Assembly: GCF_009914755.1 (NCBI RefSeq)
Contig: NC_060947.1
Reading direction: 5' to 3' (one strand)
DNA: 64,000 nt
Source: the human T2T-CHM13v2.0 reference genome, Homo sapiens
Position numbers and translations under genes: made by a program
Notes under the pieces: model-generated
Told to the model about the DNA's origin: nothing
The model's database searches: none
What the model saw: the letters and a program-made list of their open reading frames with translations, nothing else
In this document: in pieces, positions 53,123-64,000 of the stretch
How positions within the stretch are numbered: position 1 is the stretch's first letter
Layout: the number at the start of each line of letters is the position of its first letter

Positions 53123-56100
53123 ACAATATCTGCTGTTAGTCTGATGGGCTTCCCTTCATGGGTAACCCAACCTTTCTCTCTGGCTGCCCTTAACATTTTT
53201 TCCTTCATTTTAACCTTGGTAAATCTGATGATTATGTGTCTTGGGGTTGCTTTTCTCAAGGAGTATCTTTGTGGTGCTCTATTTCCTGAATTTGAATGTT
53301 GGCCTGTCTTACTAGGTTGGGGAAGTTCTCCTGGATAACATCCTGAAGAGTATTTCCAACTTGGTTCCATTCTTCCTGTCACTTTCAGGTACACCAGTCA
53401 AACATAGGTTTGGTCTTTTCACATAGTCCCATATTTTTTGGAGGCTTTGTTCATTTCTTTTCATTCTTTTTCTCTAATCTTGTCTTCATGCTTTATTTCA
53501 TTAAGTTGATCTTCAATCTCTGATATCCTTTCTTCTGTTTGATCGATTAGGCTATTGATACTTGTGTATGCTTCACAAAGTTTTCATGCTGTGTTTTTCA
53601 GCTCCATCAGGTCATTTATGTTCTTCTCCAAATTGATTATTCTAGTTAGCAATTCCTCTAAGCTTCTTTCAAGGTTCTTAGCTTCCTTGCATTGAGTTAG
53701 AACATGCTCCTTTAGCTCAGAGGAGTTTGTTATTACCTACCTTCTGAAGCCTACTTCTGTCAATTTGTCAAACTCATTCTCCACCCAGTTTTGTTCCCTT
53801 GCTGGCGAGGAGTTATGATCCTTTGTAGGAGAAGAGGCATTCTGGTTTTGGGAATTTTCAGTCTTTTTGAACTGGTTTTTCCTCATCTTTGTGGATTTAT
53901 CTACCTTTGGTCTTTGATGTTGGTGACCTTCAGATGGGGTTTCTGTGTGGACGTCCTTTTTGTTGATATTGATGCTATTCCTTTCTGTTTGTTAGTTTTC
54001 CTTCTAACAATCAGGCCCCTCTGCTGCAGGTCTGCTAGAGTTTGCTGGAGGTCCACTTTGGACCCTGTTTGCCTGGGTATCACCAGCAGAGGCTGCATAA
54101 CAGCAAAGATTGTTGCCTGTTCCTTCCTCTGGAAGCCTCGTCCCAGAGGGGCACCCACCAGATACTAGTTGGAGCTCTCCTGTATGAGGTGTCTGTCGAC
54201 CCCTGCTGGGAGGTGTCTTCCAGTCAGGAGGCATGGGATTCAGGGACCCACTTGAGGAGGCAGTCTGTCCCTTAGCAGATCTCCAGTGCTGCACTGGGAG
54301 ATCCGCTGCTGTCTTCAGACCTGGAAGGCAGGAACATTGAACTCTGCTGAAGCTGTGCCCACAGCCACCGCTTTCCCCAGGTGCTCTGTCCCAGGGAGAT
54401 GGGAGTTTTATCTATAAGCCCCTGACTGGGGCTGCTGCCTTTCTTTCAGAGATGCCCTGCTCAGAGAGGAGGAATCTAGAGAGGCAATCTGGCTACATCG
54501 GCTTTGCCGAGCTGTGGTGGGCTCCACTCAGTTAGAACATCCCAGTGGCTTTGTTTACACTGTGAGGAGAAAACTGCCTACTCAAGCCTCAGTAATGGCA
54601 GACGCCCCTCACCCAACCAAGTTTGAGTGTCCTGGTGGACTTCAGACTGCTGTGCTGGCAGTGAGAATTTCCAGCCAGTGGATCTTAGCTTGCTGGGCTC
54701 TGTGAGGATGGGATCCGCTGAGCTAGACCACTTGGCTCCCTGACTTCAGCCCCCTTTCCAGGGGAATGAATAGTTCTGTCTTGCTGGCATTCCAGGCACC
54801 ACCAGGGTATGAAAAAAATCTCCTGCAGCTAGCTCAGTGTCTGCCCAAACGCCTGCCCAGTTTTGTGCTTGAAACCCAGGGCCCTGGTGGTGTAGGCACC
54901 CAAGGGAATCTCCTGGTCTGTGGATTGCGAAGACCGTGGGAAAATCATAGTATCTGGGCCAGAGTGCACCGTTCCTAATGGCACAGTCTCTCACAGCTTC
55001 CCTTGGCTAGAGGAGGGATTTCCCCAACCCCTTGCACTTCCCGGGTGAGGTGATGCCCCATGCTGCTTCAGCTAGCCCTCCGTGGGCTGCATCCACTGTC
55101 TAACCAATCCCAATGAGCTGAGCCAAGTACCTCAGTTGGCAATGCAAAAACCACCTGCTTTCTGTGTTGATCTCACTGGGAGCTGCAGACCAGAGCTGTT
55201 CCTATTCAGCCATCTTGCCAGCCATCAAAAATCAGTAGCATTTTTGTACACCAATAACATCCAAGCTGAGAGCCAAATGAAGAATGCAATCCTATTCACA
55301 ACAGACACAAAAAGAATAAAATACCTAGGGATACAGCTAACCAGGAAGGTGAAAGATCTCTACAATGAGAATTGCAAAACACTGTTGAAAGAAGTCAGTC
55401 ATGATACCAACAAATGGCCAAACATTCCATTCTTGTGGATAAGAAGAATCAATACTGTTAAAATGTCCATACTGCCCAAAGCAATTTACAGATTCAATGT
55501 TATTCCTATCAAACTACCAATGGCATTCTTCACAGAATTAGAATAAAACTATTTTAAAATTCATGTGGAACCAAAAAAAGGCCTGAATAGCCAAAGCAAT
55601 CCCAAACAAAAAGAACAAAGCTGGAGGCATCACATTACTCAACTTCAAACAATACTACAAGGCTACAGTAACCAAAATAACATGATACTGATACAAAAAC
55701 AAACACATAGACCAATGTAATGGAATAGAGTCCAGAAATAAAGCTGTACACCTGCAACCATCAGGCCTTCAACAAAGTGGACAAAAGCATGCAATGGGGA
55801 AAGGGCTCCCTATTCAATACATAGTGTTAGGATAACTGGCTAGCCATATGCAAAAGATTGAAACTGGACTCCTTCCTTATATCATATACAAAAATCAACT
55901 CAAGGTGGACTAAAGACTTAAATGTAAAACCCAAAACTATAAAAAACCTGGAAGATAACCTAGGCAATACCATTCTGTACATAGACCCTGGCAAAGATTT
56001 CATGATGAAGACACCAAAAGCAATTGAAATTGAAACAAAATTTGAGCAATGAGACTTAAACTAAAGAGCTTCTGCACAGCAAAAGAAACTATCAACAGAG

Positions 56101-57094
56101 TAAACAAACAACCTACAGAATGGGAGAAAATACTTGCAAACTATGCATCTGACAAAGGTTAAATATCCAGTAAATATAAGAAACTTAAACAAATTAACAA
56201 GGAAAAAGCAAACAACTTCATTTAAAAAGTGGACAAAGGACACAAATAGGCACTTTTCAAAAGAAGACATACATGTGGCCAACAAGCATATGAAAAAATG
56301 CTCAACATCACTGATCATTAGAGAAATGCAAATCAAAACCACAATGATATGGCTATCTCACACCAGTCAGAATGACTATTAAAAGTAAAAAAAATTAAAT
56401 AACAGATGTTGGAGAAGTGGCAGAGAAAAGGGAACATTTATACACTACTGTTGGGAATGTAAATTATTTCAGCCATTGTGAAAAGCAATTTGGTGATTTC
56501 TCAAAGAACTTAGAACTACCATTTGACCCAGCAGCCCCATGATTCTGTGTATGCACAAAGGAATATAAATTGTTCTGCTGTAAAGACACATGCATGGGTA
56601 TATTCTTTGCAGCAGTATTCACAATAGCAAAAACACGGAATCAATCTAAGTGCCCATCAATGGTAGACTGGATAAAAAAGATGTGGTACATATACACCAT
56701 GGAATACCATGCAGCCTTAAAAAAGAATAAGATTATATCCTTTGCAGCAACATAGATGGAGCTGGAGGTCATTATCCTAAATGAACTAACACAGAAACAG
56801 AAAACCAAATACTACATGTTCTCACTTATAAATGGGAGTTAAACATTGAGTATACATTGACACAAAGAAGGGAATAGCAGACACCAAGGCCTACTTGAAG
56901 GTGGAAGATGGGAGGAAGGTGAGGATTGAAAAACTACCTATTGGGTACTATGCTTATCTGAGTGACAAAATAATCTGTACACCAAACCCCCATGACACAC
57001 AGTTTACCTATATAACAAACCTGCACATGTACCCTTTAACCTAAAATAATAGTTTAGAAAAAAGTTAGAAGAGTTAAGACACACACACACACAA

Positions 57095-57445
57095 AGTTTT
57101 CAAACATGAACATAATATTATTATCATACAAACTAAATAAAATTATGGGTAATTCTCTAATATCATCTTACATCCAGTCTATATTCACATTTCTCCAATT
57201 GTTCCAAAAATGGCTTTTATAGCTGATTCATTCAAATCAAAACTCAACCCAAGGATCACATATGGCATTTAGTTGTTATGTCTCTTAAATCCCTTTTAAT
57301 CCAGAAGAGCCCCCTTTTTCCTTTCTTTTTAGGTTAAACATTTTTTACAAGAATAGTTCATAGGTGACACTACCTATTTCATATTGCACCATATCAGGAG
57401 GCACATGTGGGACTCACTATTAGTAATGCTAAGTTTGATCACTGC
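57095..57445 (-). mobile_element. Old L1MC-like 3' end, right part
   Basis: taattctctaatatcatc...tccagtctatattcacatttctccaattg...gcatttagttgttatgtctcttaa. Confidence 0.65.
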
Positions 57446-58830
57446 CATTCTCACTCTTGAGTGATAGTTGAGATGGGTATAAAATTCTGAATTAATAACT
57501 CTTTTTCCCTCTGCTCTTCAGCCATTTTTTCTTCTGGCCTCTATTGATGCTGCTGCAAAACCTGCTGCTGTCATTTAATTGTTGCTCCTTGTAAATGCTT
57601 TTCCTTTTCTCTTGATCTGTCTTTGAGATTTCCTCTTTGTCATTGCTATTCACTATGATGCATCTAATTGTAGATTAATTTTCACTTACCTCAGGACTCA
57701 TTGTGCTTTTGAATCTGAGGATTCATGTATTTCATTCATTCTGAAAAGTTCTCTGCCATTTTGTATACCTTTTAGCCACACCCTTACATTCTCTATTCTG
57801 TATTCCTGGAGACATTATTAGATATTCACTGAACCTTCTCATATCTTCCTTGTTCTCTCTTTTATTTTCATCTCACTATACATCATAGGTGCTTTCTTCT
57901 GCTCTATCTTGAGGTTCACAAATCCTTTCTTTGGCTCTGTCTCTTATTCTGTTCAACTAATCTATTAGATTTGTAATTTCAGTAACACTTTATTTTTCAT
58001 TTTCAGAAATTCTATTTGTTTTTTGAATGTATCTGCTTTGTTTTTATATACTGTCACATTCTTTAATTATGACTTACACTTCTTTTATTGATTTAATTAT
58101 TTTAAATTTGTTAACAGTCTTACTCAGTTGTCCTATTACTTCATGTTCTTAGGGTGCTTATTTATTATTTTATTTATGTGTTTTTTTTGCTGACTCTTCC
58201 TCATGGTGAATCATGTCCTCATATGGCTTGTAATGTTGTTTTTGTTTGTTTGTTTGTTTGTTTTGTGAAGTCATCTTCAGCAGTCTTTCTTAGGTGGTTT
58301 TATGGGAGGCTTTTTCACCCTGGAGTGTGGCAGTATTGCTATAGAGGAGTTTTGCCTTTGTTTTCTAGGGCCAGCTTTTATGTAATTTTTTGCCTTGAGG
58401 AATTCCTATATCATACATATAGTGTAAATTTACACTCCAGATGGCTTTGAATTCTTATAAAGGACTTTTTATTTACTACCCAGAGCTCTGGGAAAAGAGA
58501 AGAGGATACTTGCCACTATCCTGGACTGATGGCAAAATTGTCCGCTACCCTTTTTCATTCTTACAAGGTATCAGCTTTATGCAAAGATCTGTTTCAGTTC
58601 TCTTATTTTATGAGGGCCCAAGATCATCTTTTCTGACTTCACATCCACACTCAAACTCTAACCCCTAACTACTAAGGCCTATCTATATTCTTTCTGATAG
58701 AAGTCTGGATGCTGCAGCATCAATTCCTACATTTATTATTCAAACTTCTCTTTTAATTTGAGCCTGGCACCTCAGGAGTTTCATTTCTTTCATTTCCAGC
58801 CTGTACTAATTTTTGTATTATTATATTACT
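57446..58830 (-). mobile_element. Ancient L1ME/L1M5-like ORF1 and 5' region (right part)
   Basis: T-rich decayed L1 (cttgagtgatagtt...gggtataaaattct; ttgaatctgaggattcatgtatttcattcattctgaaaagttc). Confidence 0.6.
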
Positions 58831-59284
58831 GTAATTCCCTGAACTTTCTAGGCATTACTGTTATTGTCTGTCTAATTTGCTGTCTTCCTGTCTAGGCTGT
58901 AAGCACTTTGAGGGCATCATCTATGACAGATTCAACCCCATATTCCCCAAGTTTTACAAAGTTCCTGGCAGATAATGGGTATTCAATAAATGTATTTTTA
59001 ATATCTGAATGAATAAATTCAATTGTAATTATGAAGTTTAATGTTTTCCTAGGCATGAATCTACAATTAATATTCCCTTTTGTGAAAGTTTATCATTGTT
59101 CCACTTTGACCCATTGTATTGTAGACTCTGGATGTCGGCTTCATATGTTTGCATCTGTTCTTTCTATGTTTTAAAAGAAAACATTTTTCTATATTTTAGA
59201 AGAAAACATTTATTATTTACATTCCCTTGCTTTCTCTTATGTGTTTTCTTACTATTTGTTAGTATACCACAATATAACAGTTAA

Positions 59285-59880
59285 TTCCATTTAGTCTAAA
59301 GAGTAAATAATAATAAAAACTTCTGTATGTAAGGGGGAAAAAACCCACTCCAGCTAGCTCCAATAAGAAGGAGGTTTACTTGTCAATACACAGATCTCAC
59401 AAAATCTCAAGAGCAGAAAATGGAGACCAGCAAGTCTGCTATAAACTGGAACCAGGAATAAAAAATCAGGAACTGAGGGACTCACTCTATCTGAGGGGCC
59501 ATATGATATCCTTCATCCAGGACTCTCTCCACGAGCCTTCCTCAGGCTCCCTCTCCCATCGAGAGGATGCCTTCACTTACTCAATATGCCTACCCTATCA
59601 CAGCCAACCAAGTCCTGAATCTATAAGCCCTTGCAAGTTTCAGTATCAACTACAGATGAGAACAAGACTTCTTTTGCTTCAAGTTTTGTAGAGTCACAGT
59701 TTAATTGGCTCAACATAGCTTATGGAAGACCTACCGATCCTGCTCTACCACTGTAAGTCAGGTGACCATTTTTGTTCTAGTCAACTCTGGGGCAGGAAGT
59801 GTGTTGGGTTCCCTGGCCTGCTGCCTACTCAGCAGGGTACAGGCATAGGGGGAGCCTGTCTAGTGTGATTTTCCAGAATA
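59285..59880 (-). mobile_element. Old MaLR LTR fragment (MLT1K/L-like)
   Basis: aaaacccactccagctagct...ggaggtttacttg...ctggaaccaggaa...aattggctcaac. Heavily decayed. Confidence 0.4.
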
Positions 59881-60374
59881 TTTATGCTACCTGAAACAAG
59901 TTGGGATATACACACAGGAGCTAGAGGGGTTAATATGGGTTTACAGAATAAATGAATGATTCAATGAATGAAGGTGCATATGGGGGTGATTCAGCAAGTA
60001 TCCCTAAAGGAAAATCATAGCCCTGTTCCCAAGCAGCGTCAACGAGGCTTGACTTCATCTGAATTAAAACATCAACTTAACCTCATCCACTCTTGGGACC
60101 CTAAGCACATCCACCCCAAAACTTCCAAGCACCTGTTCTTGTAAAAGCCAGAATGAGACATAAGCCATAGAATCAGAGACTATTTAACAGAGGATAGTAC
60201 CCTAGAGGCTATTATAAGGCTTATTTCCTTTTGCTTCATATCTTTGTTATTTGCGTAAATGTCTGAATGTCTGTCTCCCCCAATAAATGTTAGACTCCTT
60301 GAAAGCCAGAAATGTGTCCCACATGACATCTATGTACCTAAAGCACCAAATACCTTGTCTTGCTCATATATTTG

Positions 60375-60570
60375 CCTGGCTTCAAATCCTAGTCTAGCAC
60401 TACTGGTTATGTAACTTTAGCCACTCCACCTCAATTTCCTCATCTGTAGATAATGGATAATAATAGTACCTACCTCATAAGCTTGTCATGAGGATTAAAT
60501 AGCTAATATGTGGCAAATAATTTAGAACAGTTCCTGGCACAATAGTAATCTTGTAATCAATGTCAGCCAC
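60375..60570 (+). mobile_element. MIR
   Basis: cctcaatttcctcatctgtagataatggataataatagtacctacctcata...gaggattaaat. Confidence 0.78.
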
Positions 60571-60888
60571 TGCTAATTGGTGTTGTTTTTAGACTGAGTT
60601 GACTTTCCAAAGACTCCTGAGACATCTTTTGACTGATCTCTGCATTGGCATTGTTGTTTATCTGCCTCATTTGGGACAGCTGAGACTGTACAACCTCATG
60701 GACCCTACTGGCATCTAGAGGTCACTGTTGAGGACAGAAGCTGTGTCCAGTCAGAATTGAGTTTCAGGCAAAGTTTTGTCACTGGGTCTTGACCCTAGCA
60801 CACTGTCTTAGGACCCAGGCCCTTTCTCACCTAAGGATGCACCTTCATATTGTCTGGAAGCTGTGAAGTCCCCTCTACATAGGCACAT

Positions 60889-60889
<1 letters not shown>

Positions 60890-60921
<32 letters not shown>

Positions 60922-60934
60922 TGCACACACACAC
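60890..60934. repeat. (CA)n microsatellite
   Basis: CA run interrupted by cgtgtg. Confidence 0.92.
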
Positions 60935-61246
60935 AACCTAGAGCACATGATCTGTTGCCTGCCCTTGCTCTTGTCACTCTTGCTGAGTCCTGGTTCCCCA
61001 GGGCCTCTTTTGTCCTGTTCCCTTCCACCCCTCCAGCCTCCCATTAATGATCTTGCATCTCTTGATTCTCCTCTCTCTGCCTTCCCAGGTGACAAATAAC
61101 TCCTTTGGTGGAACTTCCACATGAATAAGAAAGAGGAGAGGACTTTTCTTCCCCCTGCCAAGTTACATGTGTGCATTTTTACAAGAGCTATGGGAAGATG
61201 CCCTGCCTTTATCTTATTCAAAGGAATGAATCCAATGATGTGCATC

Positions 61247-61790
61247 TGTCTTAGTTTGTTTCTTCTGGAAGCAGAACCTGAGTCCTAGACTTGTGTGCAG
61301 GGCATTCATTTGAGAGGTGATCTCAGGGAGAGGCAGCACGAAGAAGGAGATTAAAAAAGGGGGAAAAGCCAATACAATAGAAGTGTGTTTTAGGGTTCCT
61401 TCCACAGGGAATCAGGATTCGACCCTGCTAGGACATCCTGGGAAGTATATGGAATGCTTCTGGACTTGCCCACCTGAAAGAAATGAGGCAGGAGCATTTA
61501 TCCCCAATTCCTGTGCTGCATTGATTGAAGATTGCCCCTGCAGGTGTTAACCTTGCACTTCTGGGTTTTACGTGTGCACTAGCCAAGAGTGCTATTGCAG
61601 CCTAGCGTAGAAAATGGAAAGACTAGAGGTCTGTACATGAGGTGGAATGCTGCCAGTTGGAGATGAGTCTGAGCTCACAAGAAACTGACCACCTCTAGCT
61701 GAGGCTTGCCAGAAGATGCAGCTCTGCACAACAGAGTGTCTGAGACCACATTGCAGGCCAGGTGGAAGGTATGTGAGTACAAGCATCAGA
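61247..61790 (-). mobile_element. ERVL LTR16-like LTR
   Basis: TGTCTTAGTTTGTTTCTTCTGGAAGCAGAACCTGAG...ttcatttgagaggtgatctcagg...gcatttatccccaattcc. Confidence 0.72.
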
Positions 61791-63304
61791 GAGGCAGTAG
61801 ATAGGGCCCATCCTCTCTGTATAAGAGGCACCTAGCTGAGAATAGACAGGAGGGTAGAAATTGTCCCCTTACACCACCACCTTCTTGTCCTTGCTGCCTG
61901 TTCTTTTTTGGAGGACAACAGGGGCCCCAGACTGCATCAAACACAGCTCCAACCGGTCTGGAGTCCTGAAGCCTGGCTAAGCATGGCAGCACTAGGGCTT
62001 AACAGCCCATCCTACCAAGTTGCAAAGTTTGGTTGGATTCTGAGCTGATGCTGTACCACCAGCCTCCCAGATTTCAGGGTTGGCTGTGCTTTTGTGTCCA
62101 TTTTCATCAAAAGCAACTCATGGCCTGGTCAGAGGAGCAGCACAAGGGTCCTAAAGGGTTCCATCTGAAGTGATCATCATTTCTCTTCCTCTGGGGATCT
62201 GAGAAACTTCAGGCAAGCCCACCAAGACTCAGACAGAAGCCCCCGGATCTCTGGAAGGTCCTTTTTTATCAGTCTGAGAGACCTCAAGCTGGGTGACTGG
62301 AAGCTGACATGCCTTCTATTTATTTATGAAATTTGTAACTGTGGAAATTAGCCTTAGAAGTTGTAGACCCATTACTATTAGCTTTATCGTCCTGCTAAGA
62401 CATACCCTGAGGCATCCTCCAGATTGAATCCTATTGTGCTTTGCAATAAACCCATAATTGATAATGCCACGGAGCTTTAATATGGATGGAGAAATGAAAT
62501 CTAGAAAGTAAATACATTCAGAATTTTGCTAGCAGGCTGAATTTAAAACTGATTTTCTGAACCTACCAGGATTATTCCAACTCAATAATGATTTAATTTG
62601 AGTGAGCCACCCTGAGAGCTCTTGCGGATGTGGGGAGGGAGGACAAGTGTAGCCTGGTTTCTCACAGGGGCCCCTTAAAGAACTTTATCCTGCATTTTGC
62701 ACCTGTAAGTTTGTGAAGATAAAATTAAATTCTGAAATTATACATGATGGGCCAGTAAATAACACAGGCATTAGGGCCCTGGCTGCTGTTCCAGTGTCCT
62801 GATGCAATCACCTGTCACTAACACTATCAGCAGAGGGACACTGATTCGGTTCGCTTCCACAAGGCAAGCAATTATGCTGTGTTCCTACATGAGCAGGGCA
62901 GCAGCAGGGAGGGACAGGTCAGAGAAAGAAGGCTGTCTTCATAACTCCTGGCCTGGAAAGAGCCACTCTGGCTGCAGGTGTTGGGAGAGGCTCCATAGGT
63001 GGTCTGCTGGCTGCCTCTTAGGAGAACGGAGCCCTGAGGAAATCCATTCCACTTGACTCCTAATAGACTTTCAGGGAGACAAGATAAGAGAGCCCAGATT
63101 GCCACCTTCTCTGGATCATCTGCCATCAAAGAGAGGGTTAGCAATCAGCTATCCACTGGATGGGATTGTGTGATTCAAAGTTTGAATTCTGGAGCCAGAC
63201 TGCATGGGCTCAAGACCTGGCTTTATCACTTGCTAATGGTGTGGCCTTGGAACAATTGTGTAACCTCTTTCTGGGCCTCAGTTTCTTGAATTGTAAAAGT
63301 GAGA

Positions 63305-63737
63305 TGTGGAAGATTCAATTGTTCAGGAAGCCAATCCTAAGATGGAGACTGGCATGCAAGAAGGTAATTAGGGCACACTCTCCACACCAACACTTGTGAA
63401 AGGGTAGGGAAGGAAGCAGTGTAGGCCGAGGGAGAAGTACAGATGTAAAGGAGTCACATCAATGAACGCTTCAGCAGACTCCCTCTTGGGGGGATCTGAC
63501 ATTGGGATGATCCAGGGTTGGGGGTGCAGGGTTGAGCTTTTATACTCCTGTATTGATCAGTAGTTGCATGAGGTTTGCTGACTCTTTTGAACTGAGGCAT
63601 TCTTGAAGAGACTGATAGCTTAGGACCATCTGCAGACAGCCATCCCAGCAAGAGGGTGGGGAGAGGGGTAGAGAAAAAGAAACTGTTGCTCCTAAAGAGG
63701 TTGGGGGATTTGAGGGAGGCATACAGTTTTCACTGCA
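63305..63737 (-). mobile_element. ERVL LTR16-like LTR inserted in a MIR
   Basis: ggaagccaatcctaagatggagactggcatgcaagaagg...gggaaggaagcag. MIR halves lie at ~63170-63304 and ~63740-63860. Confidence 0.62.
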
Positions 63738-64000
63738 GACAATAAATACAATAACCTACTTCACAAAGTTAGGTGGCTTAATATGCATACAATGCTGATG
63801 AAAGCAGTGCCTGGAACAAAGTAGGTGCTATGGAAGGAAGTGTTAGCTATTTTTATTATAAGGTGCTCAGACCTCTTCCCATTTAAAGAACCCACGCAAC
63901 TGGCTATAACAGTGCAGGCACTTTTATGGGGAGTGTGCATAAGAGTATGAGAGGAAACATTAAGGAGCAGCAAGCTTTTGTTCTGGGTTCAGCTGGCCTA

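Larger units (their letters stand above)
49230..53886 (-). pseudogene. L1 ORF1 remnant of the inner L1, split by LTR12+SVA
   Basis: ATG AGG AAA AAC (MRKN) at 53886. ORF track shows ATPRHIIIRFTKVKMKEKMLRAAREKG...KPIRLTADI up to the insertion. Stop at ~49230, followed by the inter-ORF spacer. Confidence 0.85.

Overview
This is hominid (human or great-ape) genomic DNA, as shown by a full-length SVA, an LTR12/ERV9 LTR, L1PA LINE-1s and Alus. I see no host protein-coding exon, RNA gene or CRISPR array, and I cannot name the locus. Most listed ORFs are chance frames or come from repeats. Positions 1-42.4 kb and 58.8-64 kb are rich in old repeats (MIR, L2, MaLR and LTR16-like LTRs, MER5/MER58/MADE2) with a few repeat-free, enhancer-like islands. 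The main structure is a nested retrotransposon stack at about 42.4-58.8 kb. An old L1ME-like element contains an L1MC-like 3' end, which contains an L1PA15/16-like LINE (+), which contains a full-length L1PA7-like LINE (-, 18-bp target-site duplication, TSD). ORF1 of that inner LINE holds a solo LTR12C (+, 4-bp TSD) followed 14 bp later by a full-length SVA_D-like element (+). The 17-bp SVA TSD spans the LTR/L1 junction, so an ERV9 promoter points directly into an intact SVA. Other oddities are three unrelated short tandem duplications within 730 bp, a FLAM Alu monomer ending in T13 instead of poly-A, and seven co-oriented LTR16-like LTRs. Subfamily names come from remembered consensus sequences and need Dfam/RepeatMasker confirmation. 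Boundaries of old repeats are approximate.
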